A DNA stretch of 64,000 nt from the NCBI GenBank assembly GCA_012838995.1, contig DUOD01000034.1, positions 3,079 through 67,078 of the forward strand. Direction: 5' to 3'. The stretch is from Clostridiales bacterium. Its GTDB lineage: Bacteria > Bacillota > Clostridia > DUOD01. A program made the position numbers and the translations under genes. Below, piece after piece: positions 34,212 to 43,566 of this stretch (positions are counted from its first letter, which is position 1; every line of letters begins with the position of its first letter). The notes beneath the pieces were generated by a model. That model was not told the origin of the DNA, searched no databases, and was given only the letters and a program-made list of their open reading frames with translations.

Positions 34212-34241
34212 ATATTCTTTTTTATGGTATTGGCCGAGTAT

Positions 34242-35888
34242 CTATCCTAAGATGGACTTAAGATCGTTATCCGGTGTGGAGGTGGGTTTCAAGCCGAACT
34301 TGTCCACCAGCACCTTGAGTACGTTTTCCGAAACAAAGGCCGGTAGGGTGGGACCTAAGTAAATATTCTTGACATCAAGGGCCAGCAGCGTCAATAGAAT
34401 GCTCACCGCCTTTTGCTCGTACCACGACAGTATCAGGGACAGGGGTAGGTCATTTACCCCGCAGTCAAAGGCATCTGCCAGGGCTAGGGCTATCCTGATC
34501 GCGGAGTAGGCGTCGTTGCATTGGCCGACATCCAACAGCCTGGGCAGTCCGGCCACCGTACCGAAGTCCTTTTTATTAAACCTGTATTTGCCACAGGCCA
34601 GCGTTAGTATAACGGTGTCCTTGGGTGTCTTGTCGGCAAATTCTGTATAATAGTTTCTGCCCGGTCTTGCACCGTCACAGCCCCCGATTAGGAAGAAGTG
34701 TCTTATCTGGCCTTCCTTTACCGCCTTGATTATCTTATCCGCATGGGCCAGGGTGGCATTTCGGCCAAAGCCCACCAATATTTTCTTTTCTTCCTCGTCT
34801 TCCTTCCAGCCTCCGAGGGCCAGGGCCTTTTGAATAACCGGTGTAAAGTCCTTTACCCCGTTTTTTTCCTCTATATGGGCAACCCCAGGCCAGCCTACCA
34901 CGCTTGTGGTAAAGATACGGTCTTTATAGCTGTCCTTGGGTCTTTGTATACAATTGGTGGTCATGACTATACAGCCCGGGATACCGTCGAAGTCCTTTTG
35001 CTGGTCCTGCCATGCCCCGCCGTAGTTGCCTATGAGGTGTTTGTATTTTTTAAGCTCCGGGTATGCATTGCAGGGCAGCATTTCACCGTGGGTATAAATG
35101 TTAACTCCCTTACCTTGAGTTTGTTCCAGCAATTGTTTCAGGTCCTTAAGGTCGTGGCCGGATACTATAATAAAGGGTCCTTTTTTCCTGGTGATGAGTA
35201 CCTCGGTAGGTTCGGGGTGACCGTAAATGGTGGTGTTTGCCTCATCCAGCAGTTCCATACACCTAAAGTTTACCCTACCCAATTCCAGGTTTAGGTTCAA
35301 TAGGTCATTTATTGTCAGATCATTATTTATTGTAGCTGCCAGAGCCTTGTAAAAGAAATTGTTAATGCTGTCGTCGCTTTTGCCCAGTACAAAGGCATGG
35401 TGGGTGTAGGCAGCCAGGCCCTTTAGTCCGTATGTCAACAGCTCCCGCAAGGAACGTATGTCCTCGTTTAAGGTTTCATCGGCCATAATGCCTACATTTC
35501 TGCTGTCCTTCAGCATTTCCTCCATGGTTGAAGGTACCCTGTAAAGGGCTGCCGGCGGTGCATCCTGGGATGGGCCGCCTGCCTTGGCCTTTAAGCTTTC
35601 CTTAACCTCATCCGCCTTATTGATATATTCTACAAATCTTTGGGCATCAAAGTTTACGTTGGTGAGGGTGGCAAATATGGCATCCATCACGAATTTATGG
35701 GTAGCGTCATCAATGACGCCGTTCTTTTCCAATATCCTTTGACCGTAATACCCTATTCCCTTCAGTTGGTGGATTAGAAGGTCCTGCAGGTTGGCCGTCT
35801 TGGCATCCTTACCACAGGCCCCCGCCCTTATGCAGCCCTTGCCTCCTATCGTTTGTTCGCATTGATAACAAAACATTGCTCTGTCCAT
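34242..35888 (-). CDS. hcp: hybrid cluster protein / hydroxylamine reductase
   Basis: The 548-aa protein has the N-terminal motif MFCYQCEQT....C and the overall Hcp layout. The RBS is AGAGGAGGA. Confidence 0.93.
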   Translation of the reverse strand: MDRAMFCYQCEQTIGGKGCIRAGACGKDAKTANLQDLLIHQLKGIGYYGQRILEKNGVIDDATHKFVMDAIFATLTNVNFDAQRFVEYINKADEVKESLKAKAGGPSQDAPPAALYRVPSTMEEMLKDSRNVGIMADETLNEDIRSLRELLTYGLKGLAAYTHHAFVLGKSDDSINNFFYKALAATINNDLTINDLLNLNLELGRVNFRCMELLDEANTTIYGHPEPTEVLITRKKGPFIIVSGHDLKDLKQLLEQTQGKGVNIYTHGEMLPCNAYPELKKYKHLIGNYGGAWQDQQKDFDGIPGCIVMTTNCIQRPKDSYKDRIFTTSVVGWPGVAHIEEKNGVKDFTPVIQKALALGGWKEDEEEKKILVGFGRNATLAHADKIIKAVKEGQIRHFFLIGGCDGARPGRNYYTEFADKTPKDTVILTLACGKYRFNKKDFGTVAGLPRLLDVGQCNDAYSAIRIALALADAFDCGVNDLPLSLILSWYEQKAVSILLTLLALDVKNIYLGPTLPAFVSENVLKVLVDKFGLKPTSTPDNDLKSILG

Positions 35889-35908
35889 ATTACTTTCCTC
35901 CTCTTTGG

Positions 35909-36646
35909 TTATTTTATTTTTCCATCAATGCTTATAACCACTTCCCTGTAGGGTACTATGGTTTGGCTGTTTAGCATTGCTTGCTTGACGGCGTTCACGA
36001 TACCGCTGCAGCACGGGACTTCCATTCTTACCACCGTAATGGACTTGATATCGTTGTTTGACAGTATCTCGGTAAGTTTTTCGGTGTAGTATTGGTTATC
36101 ATCCAGTTTGGGACAGCCTATGACGGTAATATGATCCTTAATAAAGTCTTTGTGGAAATCACCGTAGGCAAAGGCGGTACAGTCAGCGGCTACCAACAGG
36201 TTGGCCCCTTTGAAATAATCCGCTCTGGGATTTACCAATTTCAATTGTACCGGCCATTGTTGCAGCTCTGAAGGACGACTGTTCTTATTTTCGATTTCAT
36301 CATTAACGACAGTTTTTGTCTTTGGCTCGTCCTTTTTTTCTATTTTTCTTGCCATGTTGCCGGGGCATCCGCAGGGCATGGCGGTCGATGCTTTGTTTTT
36401 CTTCTCTTTTTTCTTCTTTAGCTGGTCTACTGCCTCCTGGCTGTATGGATCGGCTTCCCTTTCAATTATCTTGATTGCATCCACGGGACAGGCCGGTAGG
36501 CAATCCCCTAAACCGTCACAGTATTGATCGCTTACCAGCTTGGCCTTACCGTTTACCAATTCAATAGCACCTTCATGGCATGCATCCACGCACAGGCCAC
36601 AACCGTTGCATTTATTTTCATCAATTTCTATTATCTTCCTAATCAT
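35909..36646 (-). CDS. 4Fe-4S dicluster ferredoxin-domain protein co-transcribed with hcp
   Basis: The N-terminus has CNGCGLCVDAC and CDGLGDCLPACP. A K/E-rich linker and a Cys-containing C-terminal domain follow. The stop lies 20 nt upstream of hcp. Confidence 0.75.
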   Translation of the reverse strand: MIRKIIEIDENKCNGCGLCVDACHEGAIELVNGKAKLVSDQYCDGLGDCLPACPVDAIKIIEREADPYSQEAVDQLKKKKEKKNKASTAMPCGCPGNMARKIEKKDEPKTKTVVNDEIENKNSRPSELQQWPVQLKLVNPRADYFKGANLLVAADCTAFAYGDFHKDFIKDHITVIGCPKLDDNQYYTEKLTEILSNNDIKSITVVRMEVPCCSGIVNAVKQAMLNSQTIVPYREVVISIDGKIK

Positions 36647-36759
36647 TTTTTCTCCTCCTTATTTTATTGGTTAAGATTACAAAGGTTGAAGTTTTTCCGT
36701 GGTATAAAAACCGTCGACCGTTGTTTTTGTATTTATATTATAGTAATATAAAAGAACCG

Positions 36760-36783
36760 AATCGGTAACATATGTTACCGATT
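36760..36783. promoter_or_regulatory. 24-bp perfect palindrome with a Crp/Fnr-type (HcpR-like) site core GTAAC-N4-GTTAC
   Basis: AATCGGTAACAT|ATGTTACCGATT lies in the divergent hcp-operon / Crp-Fnr regulator intergenic region. Confidence 0.6.
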
Positions 36784-36807
36784 GAAAAATTTTTTAAGGG
36801 TGATGGT

Positions 36808-37485
36808 ATGGAATGTAGCTATGGGATTTTAAAGGATTGTATTTTGTTTAAAGGACTCAACAATGTTGAAATTCTTGAACTGCTGTCAAAGGCCCAATAT
36901 ACTGTTAAACTGTATAAAAGGGATGAAGTGGTGGCGGTGGAAGAGGAAGAATGCAGGGCATTGGCCATTGTAATAGAGGGGGAGGTACACATACAAAAGA
37001 TCTATGCCTCCGGTAAAACGGTAACCCTGGCCCGGCTGGGGCCCGGTAAGATATTCGGCGAGGCCATAATCTTTTCCAATACCCGTGTATATCCGGCAAC
37101 GGTAGTGGCGGCAGTGGACACAAGAATAATGTATATAACCAAGGAGGATATTATAAATTTTTGCAGATTTAACCCTGTGGTGTTGGAAAACTTTATGAGA
37201 CTGCTGTCCAATAAGATACTCATGCTCAACCGGAAGATAAAGGAACTATCCCTAGAAACTCTAAGACATAAGGTATGTAATTTTATTCTGGAAGAATACA
37301 ATAAACAAAAAAACCTTACATTAAAACTCAACCTTTCGAGGAAGGCCATGGCCGAACAAATGGGCGTTCAAAGACCTTCCTTATCCAGAGAACTTATAAG
37401 GCTAAAGAATGAGGGTTTTATCGATTTTAATAAAAACAGCCTGACGATTAAAGATTTAGAAGGACTGGAAGAGTTATTGGTGTAA
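36808..37485 (+). CDS. Crp/Fnr-family transcriptional regulator (HcpR-like by context)
   Basis: It has a cNMP-binding-like beta-barrel (GEVHIQK...FGEA) and a C-terminal HTH (RKAMAEQMGVQRPSLSRELIRLKNEG). ATG 36808 is preferred because ATG 36772 lies inside the palindrome and lacks an RBS. Confidence 0.8.
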   Translation: MECSYGILKDCILFKGLNNVEILELLSKAQYTVKLYKRDEVVAVEEEECRALAIVIEGEVHIQKIYASGKTVTLARLGPGKIFGEAIIFSNTRVYPATVVAAVDTRIMYITKEDIINFCRFNPVVLENFMRLLSNKILMLNRKIKELSLETLRHKVCNFILEEYNKQKNLTLKLNLSRKAMAEQMGVQRPSLSRELIRLKNEGFIDFNKNSLTIKDLEGLEELLV

Positions 37486-37551
37486 ATGCTTGACATCTCT
37501 ATTTGAGGCATTATACCGGTACATCCGTTTGACGACGGACTAATGGCATCG

Positions 37552-37580
37552 TTGACAATGGAACATAATACTTGTATAAT
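37552..37580 (+). promoter_or_regulatory. consensus sigmaA promoter (TTGACA-17-TATAAT)
   Basis: TTGACA lies at 37552-37557 and TATAAT at 37575-37580. Confidence 0.55.
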
Positions 37581-37586
37581 ACGGAT

Positions 37587-37604
37587 TGACCGAACATTCG
37601 GTCA
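37587..37604. promoter_or_regulatory. 18-bp palindrome at the transcription start (operator or attenuator hairpin)
   Basis: TGACCGAA-CA-TTCGGTCA is followed by GATTTTTT. Confidence 0.45.
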
Positions 37605-37718
37605 GATTTTTTGTACATGTTTTTGTATTCTTTACCATATTTGTACATTTATCGTTATTCTTGTTGCACTGTGCTCAATGCAAATAATAATTTGGATTTA
37701 TAATTAAGGGGTTTGTAT

Positions 37719-38099
37719 ATGAAAAAAAGAAATAGGGTAATGGTGTGTGTCACCAGACAAAGGCATTGCGAGCGTTTGATAAGACTGGGAAGGGAAATTG
37801 CCGACAAGGAACAAGGGGAACTTTTTGTTGTTCATGTAGCCAGAATAGGTGAAAGTTTTTTGGGGAATCCTGATGAAGGTAAGGCATTGGACTATCTGTT
37901 CAGCATTTCCAAGGATGTGGGTGCGGATATGACAGTGCTCCGTTCTGAAAATATAGTGGATACCCTGGTTAATTTTGCAAAGGAAACCGAGATAACCGCT
38001 ATGGTGCTTGGCCAGCCACCGGATAAAAGGAATGATAATATCGTAAGACGGCTGGAACGGCGTCTGGCGGACGTAGAATTTAGGATTGTGCCCGGATGA
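37719..38099 (+). CDS. universal stress protein (Usp) domain protein
   Basis: This roughly 126-aa alpha/beta Usp-like sequence (VMVCVT....C.RLIR.G..IA; VVHV; MVLG) resembles the KdpD-type Usp domain. AAGGGG precedes ATG 37719. Confidence 0.6.
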   Translation: MKKRNRVMVCVTRQRHCERLIRLGREIADKEQGELFVVHVARIGESFLGNPDEGKALDYLFSISKDVGADMTVLRSENIVDTLVNFAKETEITAMVLGQPPDKRNDNIVRRLERRLADVEFRIVPG

Positions 38100-38181
38100 C
38101 GTTATATACAATAAAAAACTTATATGCTGGATTAAATGGATTTTGGATGATTATACAAAAATAACTGAAAGGTGATGGATC

Positions 38182-39513
38182 ATGTTAAAAAAAATGGCGA
38201 GCCGGGTTGTGTTGGTAGTGGCGCTGATTGTTGTTTTAGCTTTGTTTGTTTCGGGTTGCGACAGTTTTTTATATCAACAGGAAGACGAGCCCACTGAGAC
38301 CGATGAAACCGTGCCTGTAGAAACGGAGGTTTCCAGAACGGAGGACATGACTGTTAGCAAAGAGTTTTCAGGCAGGATTCGCCCTATCTCGGATGTAGTT
38401 ATCATTCCTAAGATACCGGGTGAGGTGAAAAAGGTCCATGTAAATGTGGGCCAGCAGGTGGAAAAGGGCGATGTTCTTATAGAACTGGACGACAGAGAAG
38501 TGGAGCTACAGGTAGCCCAGGCTCAGGCGGCCTATAATGCGTCAAAAATTTCGGTGGATTCCGCCAAGAAGAAGTCCAAAGACCTGAAGGCGGATATAAA
38601 AAAAGTATCCGATAATTTAAAGGCCATCGAAGAGAGTATAAAAGAGATAGACCAGGGGCTTAAGGAAGTGGAAAAGTCCGTAAAGGAACTGGACCAAGCC
38701 CTAGCAAATGAAATGATAACCGAGGATATGTATCATGCCTCCTTGGAGGAGATAAATATCAATAGAGCCGACCTTGAAAACCGGAAAAAAAGCCTTTCGG
38801 CCCAAAAGATTGAACTGGCAGGTATGGAAAAATCCCTGGAGAGTACCATTAAAACCCTACCTTCCGATGAGGAACTGGATGCCCAGTTGGAACAAGCCAA
38901 GGCGGGGCTGGATGTGGCCAAGAGTGCCCAGCACAATTTAAAGTTGAGGTCTCCTATAAACGGAACGGTAGCCACATTGTCCGTCGAGGAAGGAGAAATA
39001 GCCTCCCAAGCGGTACCTCCCGTTACCGTCATTGATACCAGCAGTTTCTTGTTGGATGTTAACATTCTGGAAGGAGATATTGTGGGCATAGAAGAAGGCC
39101 AAAACGTCGACGTTTTTATTGATGCTCTGGGTCCCCAGCCGCTAACGGGTGTTGTCCATACCGTAGGACCGGTTCCTGACCAAAGAACCCTGGCCTATCC
39201 GGTAACAATTAAAATCGAAAATGAAAATGATGATATCAAACCCGGCATGTTTGCCCGGGCAAGCTTTGTTGTCAGCAAAAAAGAAAGGGTCCTAACAATA
39301 CCCAAGGCTGCTCTTATCCGGGAAGCCGATAAGACTTATGTTTTCGTAGTAGAGGAGGACAGGGCCTATAAAAGGGAAGTACAAATAGGTTTGGAAAGCG
39401 AGGAAAGAGTAGAGGTGATATCGGGCATAAAATCCGGTGACACCGTGGTAACAAAGGGACAGGCCTATTTAGAAGACGGTGACCAAGTACAGATAGTCCG
39501 GGGTGAAAAATAA
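38182..39513 (+). CDS. efflux RND transporter periplasmic adaptor (HlyD/MFP family), lipoprotein
   Basis: It has a lipobox (FVSGC), a lipoyl-like domain, a long coiled-coil hairpin and a beta-barrel domain. The stop overlaps the RND start. Confidence 0.85.
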   Translation: MLKKMASRVVLVVALIVVLALFVSGCDSFLYQQEDEPTETDETVPVETEVSRTEDMTVSKEFSGRIRPISDVVIIPKIPGEVKKVHVNVGQQVEKGDVLIELDDREVELQVAQAQAAYNASKISVDSAKKKSKDLKADIKKVSDNLKAIEESIKEIDQGLKEVEKSVKELDQALANEMITEDMYHASLEEININRADLENRKKSLSAQKIELAGMEKSLESTIKTLPSDEELDAQLEQAKAGLDVAKSAQHNLKLRSPINGTVATLSVEEGEIASQAVPPVTVIDTSSFLLDVNILEGDIVGIEEGQNVDVFIDALGPQPLTGVVHTVGPVPDQRTLAYPVTIKIENENDDIKPGMFARASFVVSKKERVLTIPKAALIREADKTYVFVVEEDRAYKREVQIGLESEERVEVISGIKSGDTVVTKGQAYLEDGDQVQIVRGEK

Positions 39514-42500
39514 TGAAGATGTGGGAACTCAGCATAAAACGTCCTGTAACAACTTTAATGGTAACACTTGTTGTAATAATCCTGGGTATCATTTCCTTAA
39601 CCCGGTTAAATGTAGATCTGTTACCCGATATTAAACTGCCCATTGCCGTGGTATCTACCCAATACTCAGGTGCCGGGCCCAGGGAAGTGGAGGAAATGGT
39701 AACAAAGACCATTGAAGGCAGCATGGCTACCGTTGGTAATGTGGACAGTATTAATTCCATATCCTCCGAGGGCAATTCGTTGGTCATATTACAGTTTATA
39801 CAGGGTACGGATATGGACTTTGCCACCCTGGAAATGAGGGAAAAGCTTGACATGATAGGAGGGTTTTTACCCGACGGTGTCAGCAAGCCCATGGTGCTGA
39901 AACTGGATCCTAACATGATGCCCATTATGAGTTTTGGGGTATCTCTACAGGGCAAGGACATCGCCCAGGTTAAAGCGTGGGTGGAAGACGTACTAGAACC
40001 CCGGCTGCAGCGTGTGGACGGCGTGGCTTCGGTTAATGTTACCGGAGGGGACCAGAGGGAAATTAAAGTTGTGGTGGATCCTGACAAGTTGGCAGCCAAA
40101 GGTTTGTCCATGTATCAGGTGGTAGAGGTTTTACGTATGGAAAACATCAACTTACCCGGCGGTATTATAACCGACGGTCAATATGATTTGTCGGTAAGAT
40201 CCACCGGAGAGTTTAAGACCCTGGAGGAAATCCGTAACATTTCAATTGCCAGTCAAATCGGAGGATTTTTCCGACTGGGCGACATTGCCCGGGTGGAAGA
40301 CGGGGTAAAGGAATCCCATCAGTATTCCATGATAAACGGGCAGGACAGCCTATCGGTTTCCATACAAAAGGAAAGCAACGCCAATACCGTTTCCGTTGCC
40401 CGGAAGGTTAATAAAGAGCTTGAGAGTATTAAGGATGCTAACAAGGACTTAGATATCCATACCATAGTGGACCAGTCCGTATATATAGAGGATTCCATTT
40501 CAAATGTGGCTTCAAATGCGGTTATAGGCGGGATACTGGCCATAATTATTCTCTTTGTTTTCTTAAAGAATTTAAGGCCCACCCTGGTCATTGCATCGGC
40601 CATACCCATATCCATTATAGCCACTTTTATACTGGTATATTTTTCAGGAATTACCTTGAATATGGTATCCCTGGGCGGCTTGGCCCTGGGCGTGGGTATG
40701 CTGGTGGATAATGCCATTGTGGTATTGGACAATATCTTTAGGATGAGACAGGAGGGCAAGGATCGGATAGAAGCCGCGGAGAAAGGAAGCGGCCAGGTGG
40801 CCATGGCCATCACCGCCTCTACATTAACCACCATATGCGTATTTTTGCCCATTATTTTTATACAGGGTATAACAAAGGAAATATTTAAAGAACTGGCTTT
40901 GACGGTGACCTTTTCGTTGTTGGCGTCCCTGATAGTGGCCCTTACCCTGGTGCCCATGTTGTGTTCTAAATTGTTAACCGGTAAAAGTTTTCATAAGAAA
41001 AATGTTGTGCTGGATAAGATAAACAAGGGATATAAAAAGGTACTGCAGTGGGCCCTGTCCCATCGTGCGATTATGATTCTCATTATTGTCGCTGCCTTTG
41101 GGGGCAGTGTTCTGATGTTGCCCAGAGTGGGTACCGAGTTTTTCCCTTCTGCCGATCAGGGACAGATTAACGTTTCGATAAACATGCCCAGGGGTACCAC
41201 CCATTCCGAAACTGTAAAAATCATTGAACAGGTAGAAAACCTGGCCGGGGACATACCGGAGGTTGAAACCGTTTACGCCACCACCGGCGGTGACTTATTA
41301 TCCGATTATACCGGTGCTTCCGGTGATCGGGGCAGCGTTACCCTGGTCCTAAAGCCTTTAGAAGAAATGACCCGGAGCGTGGGCGAAATCGGTGATGAGA
41401 TAAGGGCCAAGGTAAAGGAAATACCTGGATGTAACATAGAAGTAGATACCGGCGACTCTTTGTTTGGGTCCATCAGCCTCGGTTTGTGGCCTGTGCAAAT
41501 TGATATCACGGGAGATGATCTTGAGGTGCTTGAAACCATCTCCGACGATATTACGGGCATTGTAGAACAGGTTGATGGCACCAGGGATGTGAGCTCCAGT
41601 ATAACCGAAGGCGTTCCTGAGTTAAGGGTGGTTCTTGATCGAAACAAAGCCGCCCAGTACGGTATAAACATGGCTTTGGTTTCATCGGCCGTACAAAGCG
41701 AGCTTCAGGGCGTTGTAGCTACCAGGTACAAGGTAGACGGAACTGAACTGGATGTCAGGGTACAGGTACCCGACGAAGAGAGCTTAAGCATTGACGATTT
41801 GTCGGATATACTGATAGCATCCCCATTGGGAACCGTCGTTCCCCTGGGGGATATTGCCAAACTGGAGTATGATCGAGGTCCGGTACAGATAGATCGAAGC
41901 AACCAGGCAAGGGTGGCCAGAGTAACGGCTGCACTGGGAGACAGGCCTTTGGGCGACGTTATGAAGGATATACAGGAAAGATTAGCGGATTATAAAATGC
42001 CGTCAGGGTATTCCATAGATTATACCGGCGAGTATGAAACTATGAAAGAGGCCTTTGGCGACCTGGCCCTGGCCTTGGCACTGGGTGTAGTTCTGGTTTA
42101 TATGGTAATGGCGTCACAATTTGAGTCGTTGCTACATCCCTTTATTATAATGTTTACCGTGCCATTGGCCTTTACCGGTGGCTTTATCGGTCTTCTTTCC
42201 TCCGGCACTGCTTTGAGTGTTCCGGCACTTATAGGGATGATCGTATTGGCCGGTGTTGTGGTCAATAACGGTATTGTAATGGTTGACTATATCAATATTT
42301 TAAGAGCTGAAGGTATGGACAGGGATGAGGCAATACTTAAGGCCGGTCCGGTTCGTTTAAGACCCATACTTATGACCACCATGACTACAGTGCTGGGTTT
42401 GGTACCCCTTGCTCTGGGGATCGGTGAAGGGGCGGAATTACAGTTGCCCCTTGCTGTGACGGTAATAGGCGGTTTATCCTTTGCTACCGTACTTACGTTG

Positions 42501-42575
42501 TTAGTGGTGCCCGTTATATATACCCTTTTTGACGATTTAGTTCAGAAGTTCAGGAAAAAACCGTCGTCGGCTTAA
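39513..42575 (+). CDS. RND efflux permease (AcrB/HAE1-like)
   Basis: The 1,020-aa protein has 12 TM segments with two large loops and starts with the typical IKRPVTTLMV... motif. Confidence 0.93.
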   Translation: MKMWELSIKRPVTTLMVTLVVIILGIISLTRLNVDLLPDIKLPIAVVSTQYSGAGPREVEEMVTKTIEGSMATVGNVDSINSISSEGNSLVILQFIQGTDMDFATLEMREKLDMIGGFLPDGVSKPMVLKLDPNMMPIMSFGVSLQGKDIAQVKAWVEDVLEPRLQRVDGVASVNVTGGDQREIKVVVDPDKLAAKGLSMYQVVEVLRMENINLPGGIITDGQYDLSVRSTGEFKTLEEIRNISIASQIGGFFRLGDIARVEDGVKESHQYSMINGQDSLSVSIQKESNANTVSVARKVNKELESIKDANKDLDIHTIVDQSVYIEDSISNVASNAVIGGILAIIILFVFLKNLRPTLVIASAIPISIIATFILVYFSGITLNMVSLGGLALGVGMLVDNAIVVLDNIFRMRQEGKDRIEAAEKGSGQVAMAITASTLTTICVFLPIIFIQGITKEIFKELALTVTFSLLASLIVALTLVPMLCSKLLTGKSFHKKNVVLDKINKGYKKVLQWALSHRAIMILIIVAAFGGSVLMLPRVGTEFFPSADQGQINVSINMPRGTTHSETVKIIEQVENLAGDIPEVETVYATTGGDLLSDYTGASGDRGSVTLVLKPLEEMTRSVGEIGDEIRAKVKEIPGCNIEVDTGDSLFGSISLGLWPVQIDITGDDLEVLETISDDITGIVEQVDGTRDVSSSITEGVPELRVVLDRNKAAQYGINMALVSSAVQSELQGVVATRYKVDGTELDVRVQVPDEESLSIDDLSDILIASPLGTVVPLGDIAKLEYDRGPVQIDRSNQARVARVTAALGDRPLGDVMKDIQERLADYKMPSGYSIDYTGEYETMKEAFGDLALALALGVVLVYMVMASQFESLLHPFIIMFTVPLAFTGGFIGLLSSGTALSVPALIGMIVLAGVVVNNGIVMVDYINILRAEGMDRDEAILKAGPVRLRPILMTTMTTVLGLVPLALGIGEGAELQLPLAVTVIGGLSFATVLTLLVVPVIYTLFDDLVQKFRKKPSSA

Positions 42576-42592
42576 AAAGGAGGTTTTATGGA

Positions 42593-43189
42593 ATGGCGAC
42601 AAATCAAAGGGGCAAGGAAAAGGAAATACTGAAAGCCGCTACCATAGTTTTCTCCGATAAGGGCTTTCACAATGCCAATATGGGAGAGATAGCCCAGCGT
42701 GCCGGTATTGGCAAGGGTACCATTTACGAGTACTTTAAGAATAAAGAAGACCTCTTTTTCCAAATGGTGGATTTTAACTTAGAGCATTATATAGCTTCCC
42801 TTAACGACCGGGTTCAATCGGCAGTCGGGTTTGACGAAAAGTTCCACGGGTTTATTGATTTTCACTATGAACTGGTAAATAGGAATATGAAGCTGGCCGA
42901 TTTCCTTTTTAAAAGTGAACAGATATCCCTTAAGGCAGAAACAAAGAAGAAGGTGGCGGATGTACTGTTTAATGCCAGAGCGCGGGCCGTGGGTATTATA
43001 GCCGATATACTTCGGATAGGGCAGCAGGAAGGTAAAATAAGGGATATCGATAGGGAATTTACCGCAGATATTCTGATAAATATGATATTGGGATGTTGCG
43101 GACGGCATGCTACCCGCAAACAAAGGGATGAAGGGTTTGCCCTGGAAAAGGAAAAACTCATGTCCATGATTATGGAGGGCATAGGCTAA
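42593..43189 (+). CDS. TetR/AcrR-family transcriptional regulator
   Basis: It has an N-terminal HTH (ILKAATIVFSDKGFHNANMGEIAQRAGIGKGTIYEYF). Confidence 0.9.
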   Translation: MATNQRGKEKEILKAATIVFSDKGFHNANMGEIAQRAGIGKGTIYEYFKNKEDLFFQMVDFNLEHYIASLNDRVQSAVGFDEKFHGFIDFHYELVNRNMKLADFLFKSEQISLKAETKKKVADVLFNARARAVGIIADILRIGQQEGKIRDIDREFTADILINMILGCCGRHATRKQRDEGFALEKEKLMSMIMEGIG

Positions 43190-43249
43190 ATTTCATTAAA
43201 CAAGCCAAATTCCGTTAAATCTACAAATAAACGAAAATAGAGCTTAGGG

Positions 43250-43293
43250 CCTCGGGTTTTTGGTTTCGTGCCAAAACCCCGGGGTCTTTTTTT
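43250..43293 (+). terminator. intrinsic terminator of the efflux operon
   Basis: CCTCGGGTTTTTGG...CCAAAACCCCGGGG forms the stem and is followed by a T7 run. Confidence 0.8.
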
Positions 43294-43566
43294 AAGCTGT
43301 CATATATTAGCTATGAAGATAACTGTCTGTAAGTGGTTTGATGGAAGTACCTTCGAGAAAGCTATGTTGTGTATCAGTTGTAAACCCCTTTGTTTTTATG
43401 CAAAAGGCTATTGTCTATGGCTGCGCAGCTTTCTCCATCTGTGTTTTTGCCGCCGTATTTTTACGGTCATGAAACTTTCATGCTTGAATTATAGCTTTCC
43501 TTAAGTTTTCCTTCATACATAGAATGGATCGGCCGGGGAATATTATAGAAAGACGGGAAAACAGGG

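Noticed and set aside
34698-35294. A 198-aa + strand ORF inside hcp.
   Set aside because: It is antisense to an unambiguous hcp gene.
39314-40111. A 265-aa ORF antisense to the MFP/RND junction. Similar antisense ORFs lie at 40319-40957 and 41306-41671.
   Set aside because: It is embedded in the strongly supported RND and MFP genes and shows no translation signals or motifs.
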